This document shows positions 28,349-38,700 of a stretch of DNA of 64,000 nt, one piece after another. This DNA is from Deltaproteobacteria bacterium (GTDB lineage Bacteria; Myxococcota; Kuafuiibacteriia; Kuafuiibacteriales; Kuafuiibacteriaceae): assembly GCA_040218735.1 (NCBI GenBank), contig JAVJQW010000038.1, positions 128,001-192,000 on the forward strand, given 5' to 3'. Position numbers and translations under genes: made by a program. A model generated the notes under the pieces. The model worked only from the letters and a program-made list of their open reading frames with translations. It made no database searches and was not told the DNA's origin. How positions within the stretch are numbered: the first letter of the stretch is position 1; each line of letters opens with the position of its first letter.

Positions 28349-31220
28349 GCGCCCGGGTGCCGTCGAAGACCCACAGGACACCCGCGCTCTCCAGCGCCGC
28401 GATGTGCGCTTCCGCCCGAACGACCTTCGCGAGGGGGCCCAGCTCGACGCGACCGGAGAACTGGCGACGCATCAGATCGTACGCCGTGAGCGACGCCCCG
28501 TGGTGCGCCCACACGATCGGCCGCTCGTCCGCGGCGACGACGTAGAGCGCTTCGACGTCTTCCGGGAGGGAGAGCAGCGTGGTCAGCCGTCCGCGCACAA
28601 CGTCGAACAGCCGCACCTGTTTGTCCGTCGCGTAGACGAGGCCGCGGTTGGTCGCGGTGACGAAGCGCATCGGCTCCTCGCCGCGCGTGACCTTCTTCCG
28701 CTCCTCCCCGGTCGTGACGTCGAGGACCCACAGGGCGTCCGCGAGCACGAGGACGGCGGCGTCTTGGTCCAGGTGGCCTCCGACGATCGGGACTTCCAGG
28801 TTACGCACGAACCTGCGCTCCCCGGTGGTGCGATCGAGGACCTGCACGAGGCCGCCGTCCGTCGCGAGGAGCACGTGTTTCGCGTCGGCGTCCAGGAGCT
28901 TCTGACCGTCGTCGACGGTCTGCGTCCAGGTCGTGGCGCCGCTGTCGTCCGCGATCGACACGACGTTGTCCTTGCGCAGGAACAGCGTCGCGCCGACGAC
29001 CGCCGGATCGAACGCGGCGGCGGGCTTCACTTCCTTCCCGCTCGTGGGCGACCAGAGCTTCTTGCCGATGCGCACCGCGGGGCCCGCGCTCTCGACCTGG
29101 GCGCCGAGCTTCTTGGACCACAGCGGCTTGTTCGGATCGGCCGCACGTCGCGCGACGATCGCGTCGCCTTCCTTGGTGATCAGGACGCCGCCCGCCGCGG
29201 CGACGTCCGTGATGGTCTGAGCCGGCCGAACGAACGCGCTCAGCCCGATGCGCTTCGCGAGCGCCTCCCGCGCGTCGTTCTGCACGACGTCGTAGCGCGG
29301 CGCGGTCGTCATCACCGTGCGCCACGCGTTGACGACGTCCTGCGTGCGGCTCGATGCACCCGCGAGGATCGCGGCGGCGTCGAGGTTGTCGCGGTCGCGC
29401 TCGAGGACGTCCTCCGCGATGCGCTGCGCGACGGTGCGCTGGCCGAGCGCGAGGCGACACCGCGCCGCTTCGAGGCGCACTTCGCGCAGCCACGCCGCGG
29501 GGCGCGGATCGTAGCCGGAGGGGAGGCCGTACAACACGCCGGCTTCGGTGAGCGCGGCGCCGCCCGTCTGTTCGTAGGCGACGTCGACGATGCGTTCGTC
29601 GAAGGAGAGGCTCGTGATGCGCGTGCCCTTCTTTCGGTCGAGCACGATCGCTTCGTTCTTGACCGCGCCGACGACGACGTCGCCGTGCGTCGACAGCGAC
29701 GCGACCTCGCCGCTCGTGCGCGCAGACCACGTCGCGTTGCCGCGCAGATCGCGCGCGACGATCGCGTAGGGGCGCGCCTGCCGGTGCAACACGCCGGAGT
29801 AGTCGCGCAGCGTCACGATCGGCGGGAGCGCGCCGACGAGGATCCGGCCGATCCCGTTGGGGCGCTTCGGATCCACGTACGCCACCGCGGGCCGGCGCCG
29901 GTAGGTGGCGGCGACGACGAGCTGCTCCGCCACGACCGCGGGGGGCCACGCCGCACCGACGAACGCGCTGGTGCGGAACAGGACGGCGGGCGGTTCGGGC
30001 TGCAGCTGGACGATCTCGTCGCTCCCGACCAGCGCCCACACCGCGCCGAGCGGCGTGACGGTGAGCGGCGCGGCGAGCTCGTCGCCGACGTCGATGCGCC
30101 GCAGCTCCTTGCCGGACGTGTAGTCGAGGAACAGGACGAACGGGCCGGCGGGGATGGCGAGCTCCCCGCCGACGAGCACCGGGCCGCCGACCGGGGTGAC
30201 GAGGGGATCGGTGCGCCACACGATCTCACCGTCGTCGTCCGCGATGCCGAGGATCTCCTGGCGCGTCGCAACGAACAGGCGTCCGCCGCGCACGGCAATC
30301 TCCGGCGCGGGGGAGGGGAGGTCGTGCTGCCAGGCGATCTTGCCGGTCGCCGGGACGATCGCGATCAGCGCGCTCTCGGTCGCGGCGATCAGGTGGCGCC
30401 GCGTGCGGACGAGCGTGGGCTCCGCGGCGCCGACTTCGACGCGCCACCGCTCTTGCCCGGTGAGCAGATCCATCGCGACGAACGCACCGGCTTCGAACGC
30501 GGTGACGATGTCGTCGATGACCTCCAAGGAGGACGGGAGCGTCTCCTCGGACGGCGGCGCGCGGCGCCACACCGGTGCGAGGGCCCCGCGCTCCAGCGCG
30601 ACGATCGTGCGGTCGAACGTCGAGACGGCGCGTCGGCAGTCACCGGCGGCGGCGCGTGCGCTGGCGATCGCCCAGTCGACGAGGAGTGTCCCGCCCCGTC
30701 GTTTTTCGTCGGGCGCGATGAGCGCCGGGATCGTCCGGCCGACGGCGGCGCCGCTCGCGTCGTAGGCGGCCTTTGCGTCGCCCTTGCAGGCGGCGTCGAT
30801 CGCGGCGTCGTTCGGGACGCCGAGGGCTCGGGCTTCGAGGAGTGGCGGGGCGCTCTTCGGCCACGCGGCGCGTAGCGCTTCGGCGAGCGGTGCGCCGCCC
30901 TGCGCGGGGGCGGTCTTCTTCGTCACGCCGTCGGCGTGGGCGACCTCGACCGTGACGCCGTCCTCAGTACGGCGTGCGACGATAGCGACGGTGGCGGCGA
31001 GGCGTTCGCGCGCCGCGTCGAGCTTCTCGTCCTTTTCGAGGGGGCCGCGCAACAGGCGCAGGCCGTCGGTCAGGTCGACGACCGAGGCGACGCGCGCTTG
31101 GGTCGCGCAGTGCTCGGGGACGTCGGGGACGAAGACGACGGATACCCCGGTCGCCGCGAACAGGGTCGCAAGCCAAGCGCTCACGACGTTTGGGTAACAT
31201 CGACGGGTGACGGCTGCCAC
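28335..31220 (-). CDS. PQQ-like beta-propeller repeat protein (BamB-like) with helical/TPR segments; start may be about 31184
   Basis: Repeated (A)xD..TG...W motifs: MDLLTGQERW, PATGKIAW, DDDGEIVW, LDRTTGERRF. Confidence 0.8.
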   Translation of the reverse strand: MAAVTRRCYPNVVSAWLATLFAATGVSVVFVPDVPEHCATQARVASVVDLTDGLRLLRGPLEKDEKLDAARERLAATVAIVARRTEDGVTVEVAHADGVTKKTAPAQGGAPLAEALRAAWPKSAPPLLEARALGVPNDAAIDAACKGDAKAAYDASGAAVGRTIPALIAPDEKRRGGTLLVDWAIASARAAAGDCRRAVSTFDRTIVALERGALAPVWRRAPPSEETLPSSLEVIDDIVTAFEAGAFVAMDLLTGQERWRVEVGAAEPTLVRTRRHLIAATESALIAIVPATGKIAWQHDLPSPAPEIAVRGGRLFVATRQEILGIADDDGEIVWRTDPLVTPVGGPVLVGGELAIPAGPFVLFLDYTSGKELRRIDVGDELAAPLTVTPLGAVWALVGSDEIVQLQPEPPAVLFRTSAFVGAAWPPAVVAEQLVVAATYRRRPAVAYVDPKRPNGIGRILVGALPPIVTLRDYSGVLHRQARPYAIVARDLRGNATWSARTSGEVASLSTHGDVVVGAVKNEAIVLDRKKGTRITSLSFDERIVDVAYEQTGGAALTEAGVLYGLPSGYDPRPAAWLREVRLEAARCRLALGQRTVAQRIAEDVLERDRDNLDAAAILAGASSRTQDVVNAWRTVMTTAPRYDVVQNDAREALAKRIGLSAFVRPAQTITDVAAAGGVLITKEGDAIVARRAADPNKPLWSKKLGAQVESAGPAVRIGKKLWSPTSGKEVKPAAAFDPAVVGATLFLRKDNVVSIADDSGATTWTQTVDDGQKLLDADAKHVLLATDGGLVQVLDRTTGERRFVRNLEVPIVGGHLDQDAAVLVLADALWVLDVTTGEERKKVTRGEEPMRFVTATNRGLVYATDKQVRLFDVVRGRLTTLLSLPEDVEALYVVAADERPIVWAHHGASLTAYDLMRRQFSGRVELGPLAKVVRAEAHIAALESAGVLWVFDGTRALASK

Positions 31221-31260
31221 AGGTGAAATGCACCGATGGACCCGCTAGTGTAGGGGGCAC

Positions 31261-32337
31261 ATGCGCTGGCCCGTCGCGTCGGTTCTCATCGGCCTCGTTC
31301 ACTTCATCTCGTTCGACGCTTCCGCCCACTCCGCGACCTTGGTCGCGGCGCAGGGCGAGGTCGCGGTGCGCGCGCCCAAGGCGTCGCAGTTCGCGTCGGT
31401 GGCTTCGGGGGCGACGATCACGTCCGGCTCGCGCCTGAAGACCGGCGCCAGCGGGAGCGCGACGCTGAAGTTCGCGGACGGGACCGAGACGAAGGTCCGA
31501 CCGAAGACGCAGATCATCGTCCGCGCCGCCAAGAAGGAGGAGAAGAGCGGGCTGACGGTCTTCTTCGGCCGGGTGTGGACGAGCGTCGTGAAGCGGGTCG
31601 GCGGCGACACGGCCTTCGAAGTGCACTCCGCGAACGCGGTCGCCGGTGTGCGCGGGACCGAGTTCGAGGTCGGCGTCGCGGACGACGGATCGACGCGGGT
31701 GATCGTGACGCGCGGGAAGGTCGACGTCGGGGGCGACGGCGAGAAGGGGCCGGTGAACATCGCGGCGGGCTTCGAGATCGAGAGTGGGCCGCAGGGCGGC
31801 CTCGCGCGGCGCCGCAAGGCCAAGCGCAACGCGAACTGGGAGGGCTGGTTCGCGAAGCGCGCGAAGGTGCTCGTGAAGCGCGGGACGAAGGTCGCGAAGA
31901 ACCTCGATGGTCGACTGAACCGGCGCAAGGCGAAGCTGGAGCGGTTGCTCGGCGAGCAGCGTCAGCTCCGCGATCGGATCGTGGCGCTGGAGCGCAAGCA
32001 AAAGATGGGCGCCGACGTCGGCGACGAGCTGAAGGCGACGCTGTCGCGGCTGGAGCGCGTCACGGAGCGCATCGAGGACATGCAAGCTCGCTTGCAGGCG
32101 GCGTTCGGTTTGTTCGAGCGGTGGGGCGACGTCGCGGAGGCCGGGATGGTGAACGAACCGGCGACGATGAAGCGCATGGCGGGCAACATCCGAAAGATCG
32201 CGGCGGACTTCGCCGACATGATCGAAGAAGGCACCGACCTCTCCGAAGAAGGCATGGACGACATGATGAAGGAGATGGAGAAGGGCGGAACGCTGCGCCC
32301 GAAGAAGGGCGGCGCGAAGGACGAGCTGTTCGAGTAG
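31261..32337 (+). CDS. FecR-domain protein with C-terminal coiled coil
   Basis: Signal peptide; LKTGASGSATLKFADGT, FEVHSANAVAGVRGTEFEV and VTRGKVDV; Glu/Lys/Arg heptad-rich C-terminus. Confidence 0.88.
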   Translation: MRWPVASVLIGLVHFISFDASAHSATLVAAQGEVAVRAPKASQFASVASGATITSGSRLKTGASGSATLKFADGTETKVRPKTQIIVRAAKKEEKSGLTVFFGRVWTSVVKRVGGDTAFEVHSANAVAGVRGTEFEVGVADDGSTRVIVTRGKVDVGGDGEKGPVNIAAGFEIESGPQGGLARRRKAKRNANWEGWFAKRAKVLVKRGTKVAKNLDGRLNRRKAKLERLLGEQRQLRDRIVALERKQKMGADVGDELKATLSRLERVTERIEDMQARLQAAFGLFERWGDVAEAGMVNEPATMKRMAGNIRKIAADFADMIEEGTDLSEEGMDDMMKEMEKGGTLRPKKGGAKDELFE

Positions 32338-32681
32338 CTCGTTCTCTTGAATGGATCGCGGGATCGGTTCTTGGCGCCCGGGATCGTTCGTTCCACTGAA
32401 GATACCGCTCAGATCGGCCTGGGATCCGGGGCTGCGGGGCCGAATCCTCGGGGGTGGTCCTGGGCCCCCCGAATAAGGGCTCGAAACGTGCTTTTTGCGG
32501 GACTTTTCGGCCGCAACCTCGCGAAACAGGGGATAGATGGCCGATTTCGGCTTCTTTCGGCGCTCGGACCCGTTGCGCCCGTTCATTTCTTCCGATACGG
32601 TCCGCGCCCATCACGACGGGGACGGTCTCCGTCGAAACGCCCCGTGAAGGGGCAAGAACGCAATCTCTGGAGGTTAACGGG

Positions 32682-32891
32682 ATGGCCGGTAAGAAGAAGG
32701 CGGGCGCCAAGAAGCCCAAGGAAATGCTCCTCGTGCAGAGCAAGGTGAAGGAATACGTCCGCGGGCAGGAGATGATGTGCTCGTCGGATCTCGTCGAGGC
32801 GCTGAACGACCACGTCGCGTGGCTGCTCGACAAGGCCGTGGAGCGCGCGAGCGCGAACGGCCGCAAGACGGCGCGCGCGAGCGACGTCTAA
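32682..32891 (+). CDS. bacterial histone-fold protein (Bd0055/HBb-like) with Lys-rich N-terminal tail, 69 aa
   Basis: GGAGG RBS at 32669-32673. MAGKKKAGAKKPK-EMLLVQSKVKEYVRGQEMMCSSDLVEALNDHVAWLLDKAVERASANGRKTARASDV has the V.SKVK start and the histone-fold RKT....D end. Confidence 0.88.
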   Translation: MAGKKKAGAKKPKEMLLVQSKVKEYVRGQEMMCSSDLVEALNDHVAWLLDKAVERASANGRKTARASDV

Positions 32892-32906
32892 TCTAGGCGA
32901 CCGCTC

Positions 32907-32924
32907 AGCCCATCTCGATGGGCT
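32907..32924. terminator. hairpin AGCCCAT-ctcg-ATGGGCT between convergent genes
   Basis: Perfect 7-bp stem 15 bp after the histone stop; no long U-tract. Confidence 0.4.
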
Positions 32925-34578
32925 AGTTGGTACTTCGTGGGCGTGCGTCCGCACGCCGGTGCGTGCGCCCACGAGCACTCCACAGCAACGCGACGAACAC
33001 CCACCCCCAGGCGCTCTGCCTCGAACGTCGCGTCGAAGAACACGAACAACCCATCTCGTCCGCCGGCAACTTGGTCGGAGGGGCACAGCCGTCGAAGCGC
33101 GAGCAAAGCGATCCGCGCCCGTCGGTGTACGCGACGTACGCGGCGTCCATCGCGACGCGGAACGCCTCGTAGGGGGCGAGGTCGACGCTCGCGGCTGCTT
33201 CACCCGGGGCGGTGAGCACGACGTAACGAAGCGCGCGCTCCGCGACGCCCGGATCGCGCGGTCCGACGCGCGCGACGACATCCTCGATCGTCACGTCGAT
33301 CCGCCGGCCGAGGATCGCGGTCCCCACGGCGAGCTGCGCTTCGGCGGGGATCGCGGCGCCGTCCTCGGTGGTGGCGTCAGCGACGAAGAAAAACGGCGGG
33401 ACCTCGTCGGCGTCTGCGAGCCCGAGCCCGTACAGATCGAGCGGGGCGTAGCGCTCGTTCCTCGACTGCACGACGAAGCGCCCGGGGCGTGACTCGACGA
33501 ACCCGTGGCCACCGAGGACGGAGCCGTCGGTGTGCAAGAGCGCGTGCCAGTGCGCGCGCTGCCGGCCGAGCATCGTGACCGCCGCGGTCGAGCCGCCGAC
33601 CGTGGCCTCGAGGTGCGCGAGGTGCCGGTGCGCGATCTCGTGGAAGAAGAGCGCCTCGTCCTCGTCGCCGAGCTGCTTCATGTTGACGATGCCCTCGAGC
33701 CGCTCGACGCCGAACGCCGCGCGCTGATCCACGTCGTCGTCGCCGGTGCCCGCGACGTCGTCGAAGAACGGCACGTAGTAGGCCGGGCCGCCCGCGCCGA
33801 GATCGTCGAACGTGGTGAAGAGGACGATGACACCTTCGCCGTCCGCGCCCTCGTCGGCGAGGCGCGCCGTGATCCTCGCGAGGTCGTCGACCTCGTCGTC
33901 GAAGCGGATCCCGTAGGCGTCATCGATCCCGCTGACGAGACCGTCGCCCTCGAGCACGAGGAGCTCGCCGACGCGCGCGGTGAGGGCGTGGCCGGTGGTG
34001 CGGACGTGGTCGTTGGCGAAGCGGCGGGGCGTGTGGGTGCCGCGGTCGAGCGCGGGGGCGCAGGCGGTGAGGGCGAGGAGGAGGAGGGTGGGGATCGGGT
34101 TGGGGATCGGGATCGGACTCCGGATCGGATTCGGGATCGGACTCCGACTCGGATTCGGGATCGGATGCGGATGCGGATGCGGGATCGGATTCCGACTCGG
34201 ATTCGGGATCGGACTCCGACTCGGATTCGGGATCGGATTCGGGATCGGATGCGGATGCGGGATCGGACTCGGATTCCGACTCCGACTCCGACTCGGGATC
34301 GGGATCGGACTCCGACTCGGATTCGGGATCGGTTCCCGAGTCCGATTCTGTTCCTGAGTCCGATCCTGTTCCGGAATCCGCGCCCGAATCCGATCCCGTT
34401 CCCGAATCCGAGTCCGAGTCCGAGTCCGAGTCCGAGTCCGATCCCGCATCCGAATCCGCATCCGAATCCGCGTCCGAATCCGCGTCCGAATCCGAGTCCG
34501 CGGCCGATTCCGAATCCGCGTCCGATTCCGAGTCGGTGTCCGAGTCCGATCCCCTTCCCAACGCATCATCATCACCAC
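32923..34578 (-). CDS. surface lipoprotein with HExxH motif and MYXO-CTERM-like tail; true start unresolved (lies in or beyond the microsatellite)
   Basis: LLLLALTAC lipobox with Cys at 34060-34062; [13 protein letters not shown]...AHWH zincin-like motif; LDLYGLGL; C-terminal GCSC...[13 protein letters not shown]. Confidence 0.7.
   Translation of the reverse strand: MVMMMRWEGDRTRTPTRNRTRIRNRPRTRIRTRIRTRIRMRIRMRDRTRTRTRTRTRIRERDRIRARIPEQDRTQEQNRTREPIPNPSRSPIPIPSRSRSRNPSPIPHPHPIPNPIPNPSRSPIPNPSRNPIPHPHPHPIPNPSRSPIPNPIRSPIPIPNPIPTLLLLALTACAPALDRGTHTPRRFANDHVRTTGHALTARVGELLVLEGDGLVSGIDDAYGIRFDDEVDDLARITARLADEGADGEGVIVLFTTFDDLGAGGPAYYVPFFDDVAGTGDDDVDQRAAFGVERLEGIVNMKQLGDEDEALFFHEIAHRHLAHLEATVGGSTAAVTMLGRQRAHWHALLHTDGSVLGGHGFVESRPGRFVVQSRNERYAPLDLYGLGLADADEVPPFFFVADATTEDGAAIPAEAQLAVGTAILGRRIDVTIEDVVARVGPRDPGVAERALRYVVLTAPGEAAASVDLAPYEAFRVAMDAAYVAYTDGRGSLCSRFDGCAPPTKLPADEMGCSCSSTRRSRQSAWGWVFVALLWSARGRTHRRADARPRSTN
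34090..34552. repeat. degenerate hexamer microsatellite arranged as two inverted arms
   Basis: The left arm is GGGATC/GGACTC/GGATTC/GGATGC units. The right arm is their reverse complements GATCCC/GAGTCC/GAATCC/GCATCC. The switch occurs near 34335-34350. Confidence 0.93.
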
Positions 34579-34652
34579 GGCCGCGATTCAGTACCGGGAC
34601 CCGGACCGGGACCACCACGGCCGCGATTCAGTACCGGGACCCGGACCGGGAC
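34573..34652. repeat. perfect 40-bp tandem duplication
   Basis: CACCACGGCCGCGATTCAGTACCGGGACCCGGACCGGGAC occurs at 34573-34612 and again at 34613-34652. Confidence 0.95.
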
Positions 34653-34725
34653 CGGGACCGGGTCCCCTTGCTTCGCTCGGGGTGGATATTGACGACCACC
34701 CCACCCCTCGTCATCCTCACCGGCG

Positions 34726-34941
34726 GTGAAGTTCCGACTCAAGCGCCGCGTGAAGAAGATGAACGTCTGCACGCGGTGCGAGGCGACGATGGACCGGCGG
34801 ACGTCCATCCCCGAGGGCGCCGGGCGGCGCTACTGGGGGGACGTCGAGCCGTACGTCTACGTCGGCGACGCCGAGATTCATCACTTCATCTGCACGGCCT
34901 GCGGCAACCTCACCGCGATCCAGTTCGCCGAAGCCGCGTAG
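34726..34941 (+). CDS. small zinc-ribbon protein (CxxC...CxxC) with basic N-terminus
   Basis: [14 protein letters not shown] and CTAC; its stop is 5 bp before the next gene. Confidence 0.7.
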   Translation: MKFRLKRRVKKMNVCTRCEATMDRRTSIPEGAGRRYWGDVEPYVYVGDAEIHHFICTACGNLTAIQFAEAA

Positions 34942-34946
34942 GCGCC

Positions 34947-35675
34947 GTGGCGGTCAAGGGTCCCAAGGACCGCGGCCCGCTCCCGCCGCGGGTCGATCCC
35001 CAGGCGCCCGACACCACGCCCCGCGAAGCCCCGCGCCTGGACGCCACGCGATGGCCCGGTGCGCTCGCGCCGAAGGATCACGACGCCCCGGGGCACGACG
35101 CCCTCCTCGGCGAGGGGCAGATCGGCGACCCCAGCGTCACGCCCGACGCGCTCATGCAGATGGGCTCCCTCGTGCGCGCCCGCCACCTCATGACCCTCCT
35201 CGCGCGACGGCGCGGGCAGATCGAGCGCGACGCGCTCGTCGCCGAGGTCGGCGATCTCCTCCTCGCGCTCGACCCCGCCGAGGCGCGTCGGCTCCTGTTC
35301 ACGATGACGCAGGCCGGCCGCATCGTGGACGTGTACCCGCTCGAGGTCTTCGACTACGTGCACCGGCGCCGCGCGCTCGCCGACGTCGAGTACGGCCCCA
35401 TCGTGAAGAACAAGGATGACCTCGAGGGCCGCGCGTTCACGCCCGACGACGTCATCCGACTCGAGCTCGCGGCGCTCGCCGTGCGCCTTCAGGCCCTCGC
35501 GCTGGAGGGCGGCCCCACCCCCGGCTACTGCCTCGCGCCCGGCCCGCCCGGTCGCTATCACCTCCAGTTCGACGCCCCCGGGACGTTTTCCCTGTTGCTG
35601 CGGGCCCAAATCCGCAAGAAGACTCGCCTCGAGCGCCTACGAATCCGCGTCGAGGACGCCGAATCGCCGCGCTGA
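34947..35675 (+). CDS. hypothetical protein
   Basis: GTG start just after the zinc-ribbon stop; GC3-rich codons; no family recognised. Confidence 0.65.
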   Translation: MAVKGPKDRGPLPPRVDPQAPDTTPREAPRLDATRWPGALAPKDHDAPGHDALLGEGQIGDPSVTPDALMQMGSLVRARHLMTLLARRRGQIERDALVAEVGDLLLALDPAEARRLLFTMTQAGRIVDVYPLEVFDYVHRRRALADVEYGPIVKNKDDLEGRAFTPDDVIRLELAALAVRLQALALEGGPTPGYCLAPGPPGRYHLQFDAPGTFSLLLRAQIRKKTRLERLRIRVEDAESPR

Positions 35676-35736
35676 ATGGTAGTATCCCGTGGGGACGGGG
35701 CGCCGGTGTGACCGCCGGCTGCGACGAGTGATTTCC

Positions 35737-38700
35737 ATGAACAGATCCGCTGCGCTCTTCTCGATCATCTTGCTCTCGGCGGCGTGTGGCTCGGGCGAAG
35801 ACCTCGGCGACGAGACGGTCCCGCGCGACGGCGGCCCCGACCGCCCGCCGGTCGTCCGACCCGACGCCGGCCCGGACGTCCCCGACGTCCCGCTGCCCAC
35901 CGTCACCAACGTCTCCCCCGCGACAGGCCCCGAGACCGGCGGCACCCGCGTGACCATCCGCGGCACGTCCTTCGCCGAACCCGCCGAGGTCTACTTCGGT
36001 GAGCTCGCCGCCAGCAGCGTCGTCGTCCTCGACGAAGTCTCCATCGCCGCGACCACGCCGCCGAACCCCGTCGGCGCCGTGAACGTCCGCGTGGTCACGC
36101 CCGGCGGCGAGGCCACCCTCGACAACGGCTTCACGTACCACCGCGAGCTCGTGCTCGACTCCGTCGAGCCGCGGCGCATCCCCGACGAGGGCGGCGTGCG
36201 GGTCATCGTCCGCGGCCGAGGTTTCGACGCCCAAACGATCGTGCTCTTCGATCGCCAACCGCTCCGCGGACAGATCCTCGTCGATGAACGACGCATCGAA
36301 GGTTACGCGCCCGCGCTCGAGCCCGGGCGCCCCGAAGTACGCGTCATCCACGTCGACGCCTCCGTGCGCCGCAGCGACGTCGTCTACGTCTATGGCACCC
36401 CCGACATCGACGCGGTCGCGCCCGGCTACGGCCCCGCCACCGGGCGCGCCGCGCAGGAGATCGCCGGCGACGGCCTGTCCGACGCCGACGAAGTCCGCAT
36501 CGGTCCGGAGGTCGCGGGCGGCCTCGAGCTCGCGGACGACACGCGCCTCGCGGTCACGTCCCCGGCGCTCGCGGTCGGCGTGCACGACGTGACGGTCGCG
36601 AACCAGGACACGTTCGGCACGCTCGTGGGCGGCTACATCGCGTACGATCCGAACGAGACGCAGACGAGCGTCCTCGGCGTCACGCCGCCGCGTGCGTCCA
36701 CCGCGGGGGGCACGGTCATCGCGCTCGTCGGGTACGGCTTCGCGCAGGACGCCCAGGTCGCGATCGCCGGGCAGCGCCTCCCGATCACCGCGCTGTCCGC
36801 CAACGCGGTGTCGTTCGTGCTGCCGGCGGGGCTCCCGGCCGGGCCGACGGACATCGCGTTCTTCACGCAGGGCCGCTCGATCAACGTGAACAACCAGCTG
36901 ACGCTCTTCGACCCGGTCGTCGTCGACAGCGTGGATCCCGCGACGGGGCCCGTCAGCGGCGGGACCGCGGTGACGATCCGCGGCTCCGGCTTCATCGCGG
37001 GGGCGAACGTGCGCATCGCGGACGTCCCGCTCGCGGATGTCGTCATCGTGAGTGACACCGAGATCACCGGCACCACGGTCGCCGGCGCCCACGGCGCGCA
37101 GGACGTCGTCGTGCGGACCGCCGACTCGACCGGCGTGCTCGAGGACGGCTTCTTCTTCGAGGAGGCGTTCGAGCTCATCGCCATCGAGCCGCGCGAAGGC
37201 TCGATGGCCGGCAACACCTACGTGTCGATCATCGGTCGCGGCTTCTCGGAGCCGGTGAGCGTCGAGTTCGACGGCGTCGAGGGCATCGACCCGGTGCTCG
37301 AGAACGGCTCGGTCATCGGCGTGCGCACCGCGCCCGCGAGCCCGGGGCTGGTCGACGTGGAGATCACGACGGGTGTCGAGCAGGTGTTGCGCGAGCGCGC
37401 GTTCCGCTTCTACGACCCGCGCCTCATCACCGGTGGCGCGTGGGGCGGGCCGATCGAAGGCTCGGTCAACGTGGCGGTGATGACGCGTCAGCGGCAGCCG
37501 CTCGCGGGCATGGTGGTTCAGCTCGGCTACGAGGCCGACATCCGCTACGCCGCCATCACCGACGAAAACGGCCTCGCGACCATCTCCTGGCCGGACGTCC
37601 GCGGCGCGCAGACCGTGACGGCCGGCGGGCCGCAGGTGGAGTTCGTGACGTTCATGGATCTGAACGCCAAGAACCTCACGATGTTCGCGGAGCCCTATCC
37701 GATGTCGATGCCCCCGGACGCACCGCTGCAGCCGTGCGGCGTCCCGGCGCCCCCGCCGACGGTCACGGGGCGGATCTTCCGCTTCAAGTCCGCGCTCGAC
37801 GAGCAGACGCGCCCGGGTTGGCAGCCGCTCGCGCGCATCACGTACACGCAGCAGAACGTCTTCACGCCGAACCCGCCGGAAGGGATGATGCCGCCGTTCC
37901 AGGAGGCCGAGGTGACGATGGAGGGCGGCGCCTACGAGATCGCGGTGATGCGCGCCGGCACGGTCGCGGTTTACGCGACGTTCGGGGAGTACAACCGCGC
38001 GACGGGGCAGTTCATCCCGAAGCGCATGGGGATCGTGCGCAACGTCCCGGTCGCGCCGGAGACGGAGACGTCGGACATCAACATCTCGCTCGACATCGAC
38101 CTCGACCAGACCACGGCCGTGCGCCTCGACGCGCCGCCGGACCAGCTGCCGGGGCCGACGATCAACGCGGTGTTCCCGTTCCTCAACCTGCAGTCGGACG
38201 GCGTCATCCCGTTCCCCGCGGTCGCGGTGTTCGGCGAGGGGCCGGTCATCGTGAACAACATGCCGCGCGTGGCGGAGTCGAGCTTCTACTACATGGGCGG
38301 CTCGTTCACGTGGGACGGGCAAGGTGGCTTGCGCAACCCGTACTCGCTCTCGTTCACGGAGAGCGGCGAGCCGCTCGAGAACGGCGTCGACATGGGGCCG
38401 TTCCTCCAGATGCCGCAGAACATCTCGCCGAAGCCCGGCGAGCTCACGGTGGACGGGAAGATCTCCTGGGACACCATCGGCGTCACGCCGGACATCACGA
38501 CGCTCAACGTCGTCGACGTCGTCGGCGTGAGCGGCTGCTGCTGCGACGACGAGCCGCCGCGCGGAAACCGCAACGGCCAGTGCGACGCCGGCGAGCCGGA
38601 GAACTGCGGCGGGATCCCGCAGCAGTTCAACCGCTGGAGCATCTTCGGCCAGGGCGGGCTGCAGAGCTACGCGATGCCGCGGATGCCGCTGTCCCTCACG

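Noticed and set aside
28335-31220. PQQ-dependent dehydrogenase linked to the PqqD genes
   Set aside because: Only generic propeller repeats are visible, with no dehydrogenase catalytic motifs, and the gene is more than 20 kb from the RRE genes.
32454-32681. N-terminal 76-aa extension of the histone ORF given in the track
   Set aside because: The strong GGAGG RBS sits before the ATG at 32682, and the extension has atypical composition.
33920-34618. Asp/Ser-rich (SD-repeat-like) protein on the minus strand, and GI-repeat ORFs on the plus strand
   Set aside because: All frames are open across the microsatellite. There is no signal peptide or domain, and the ORFs run out of frame into the real downstream gene.
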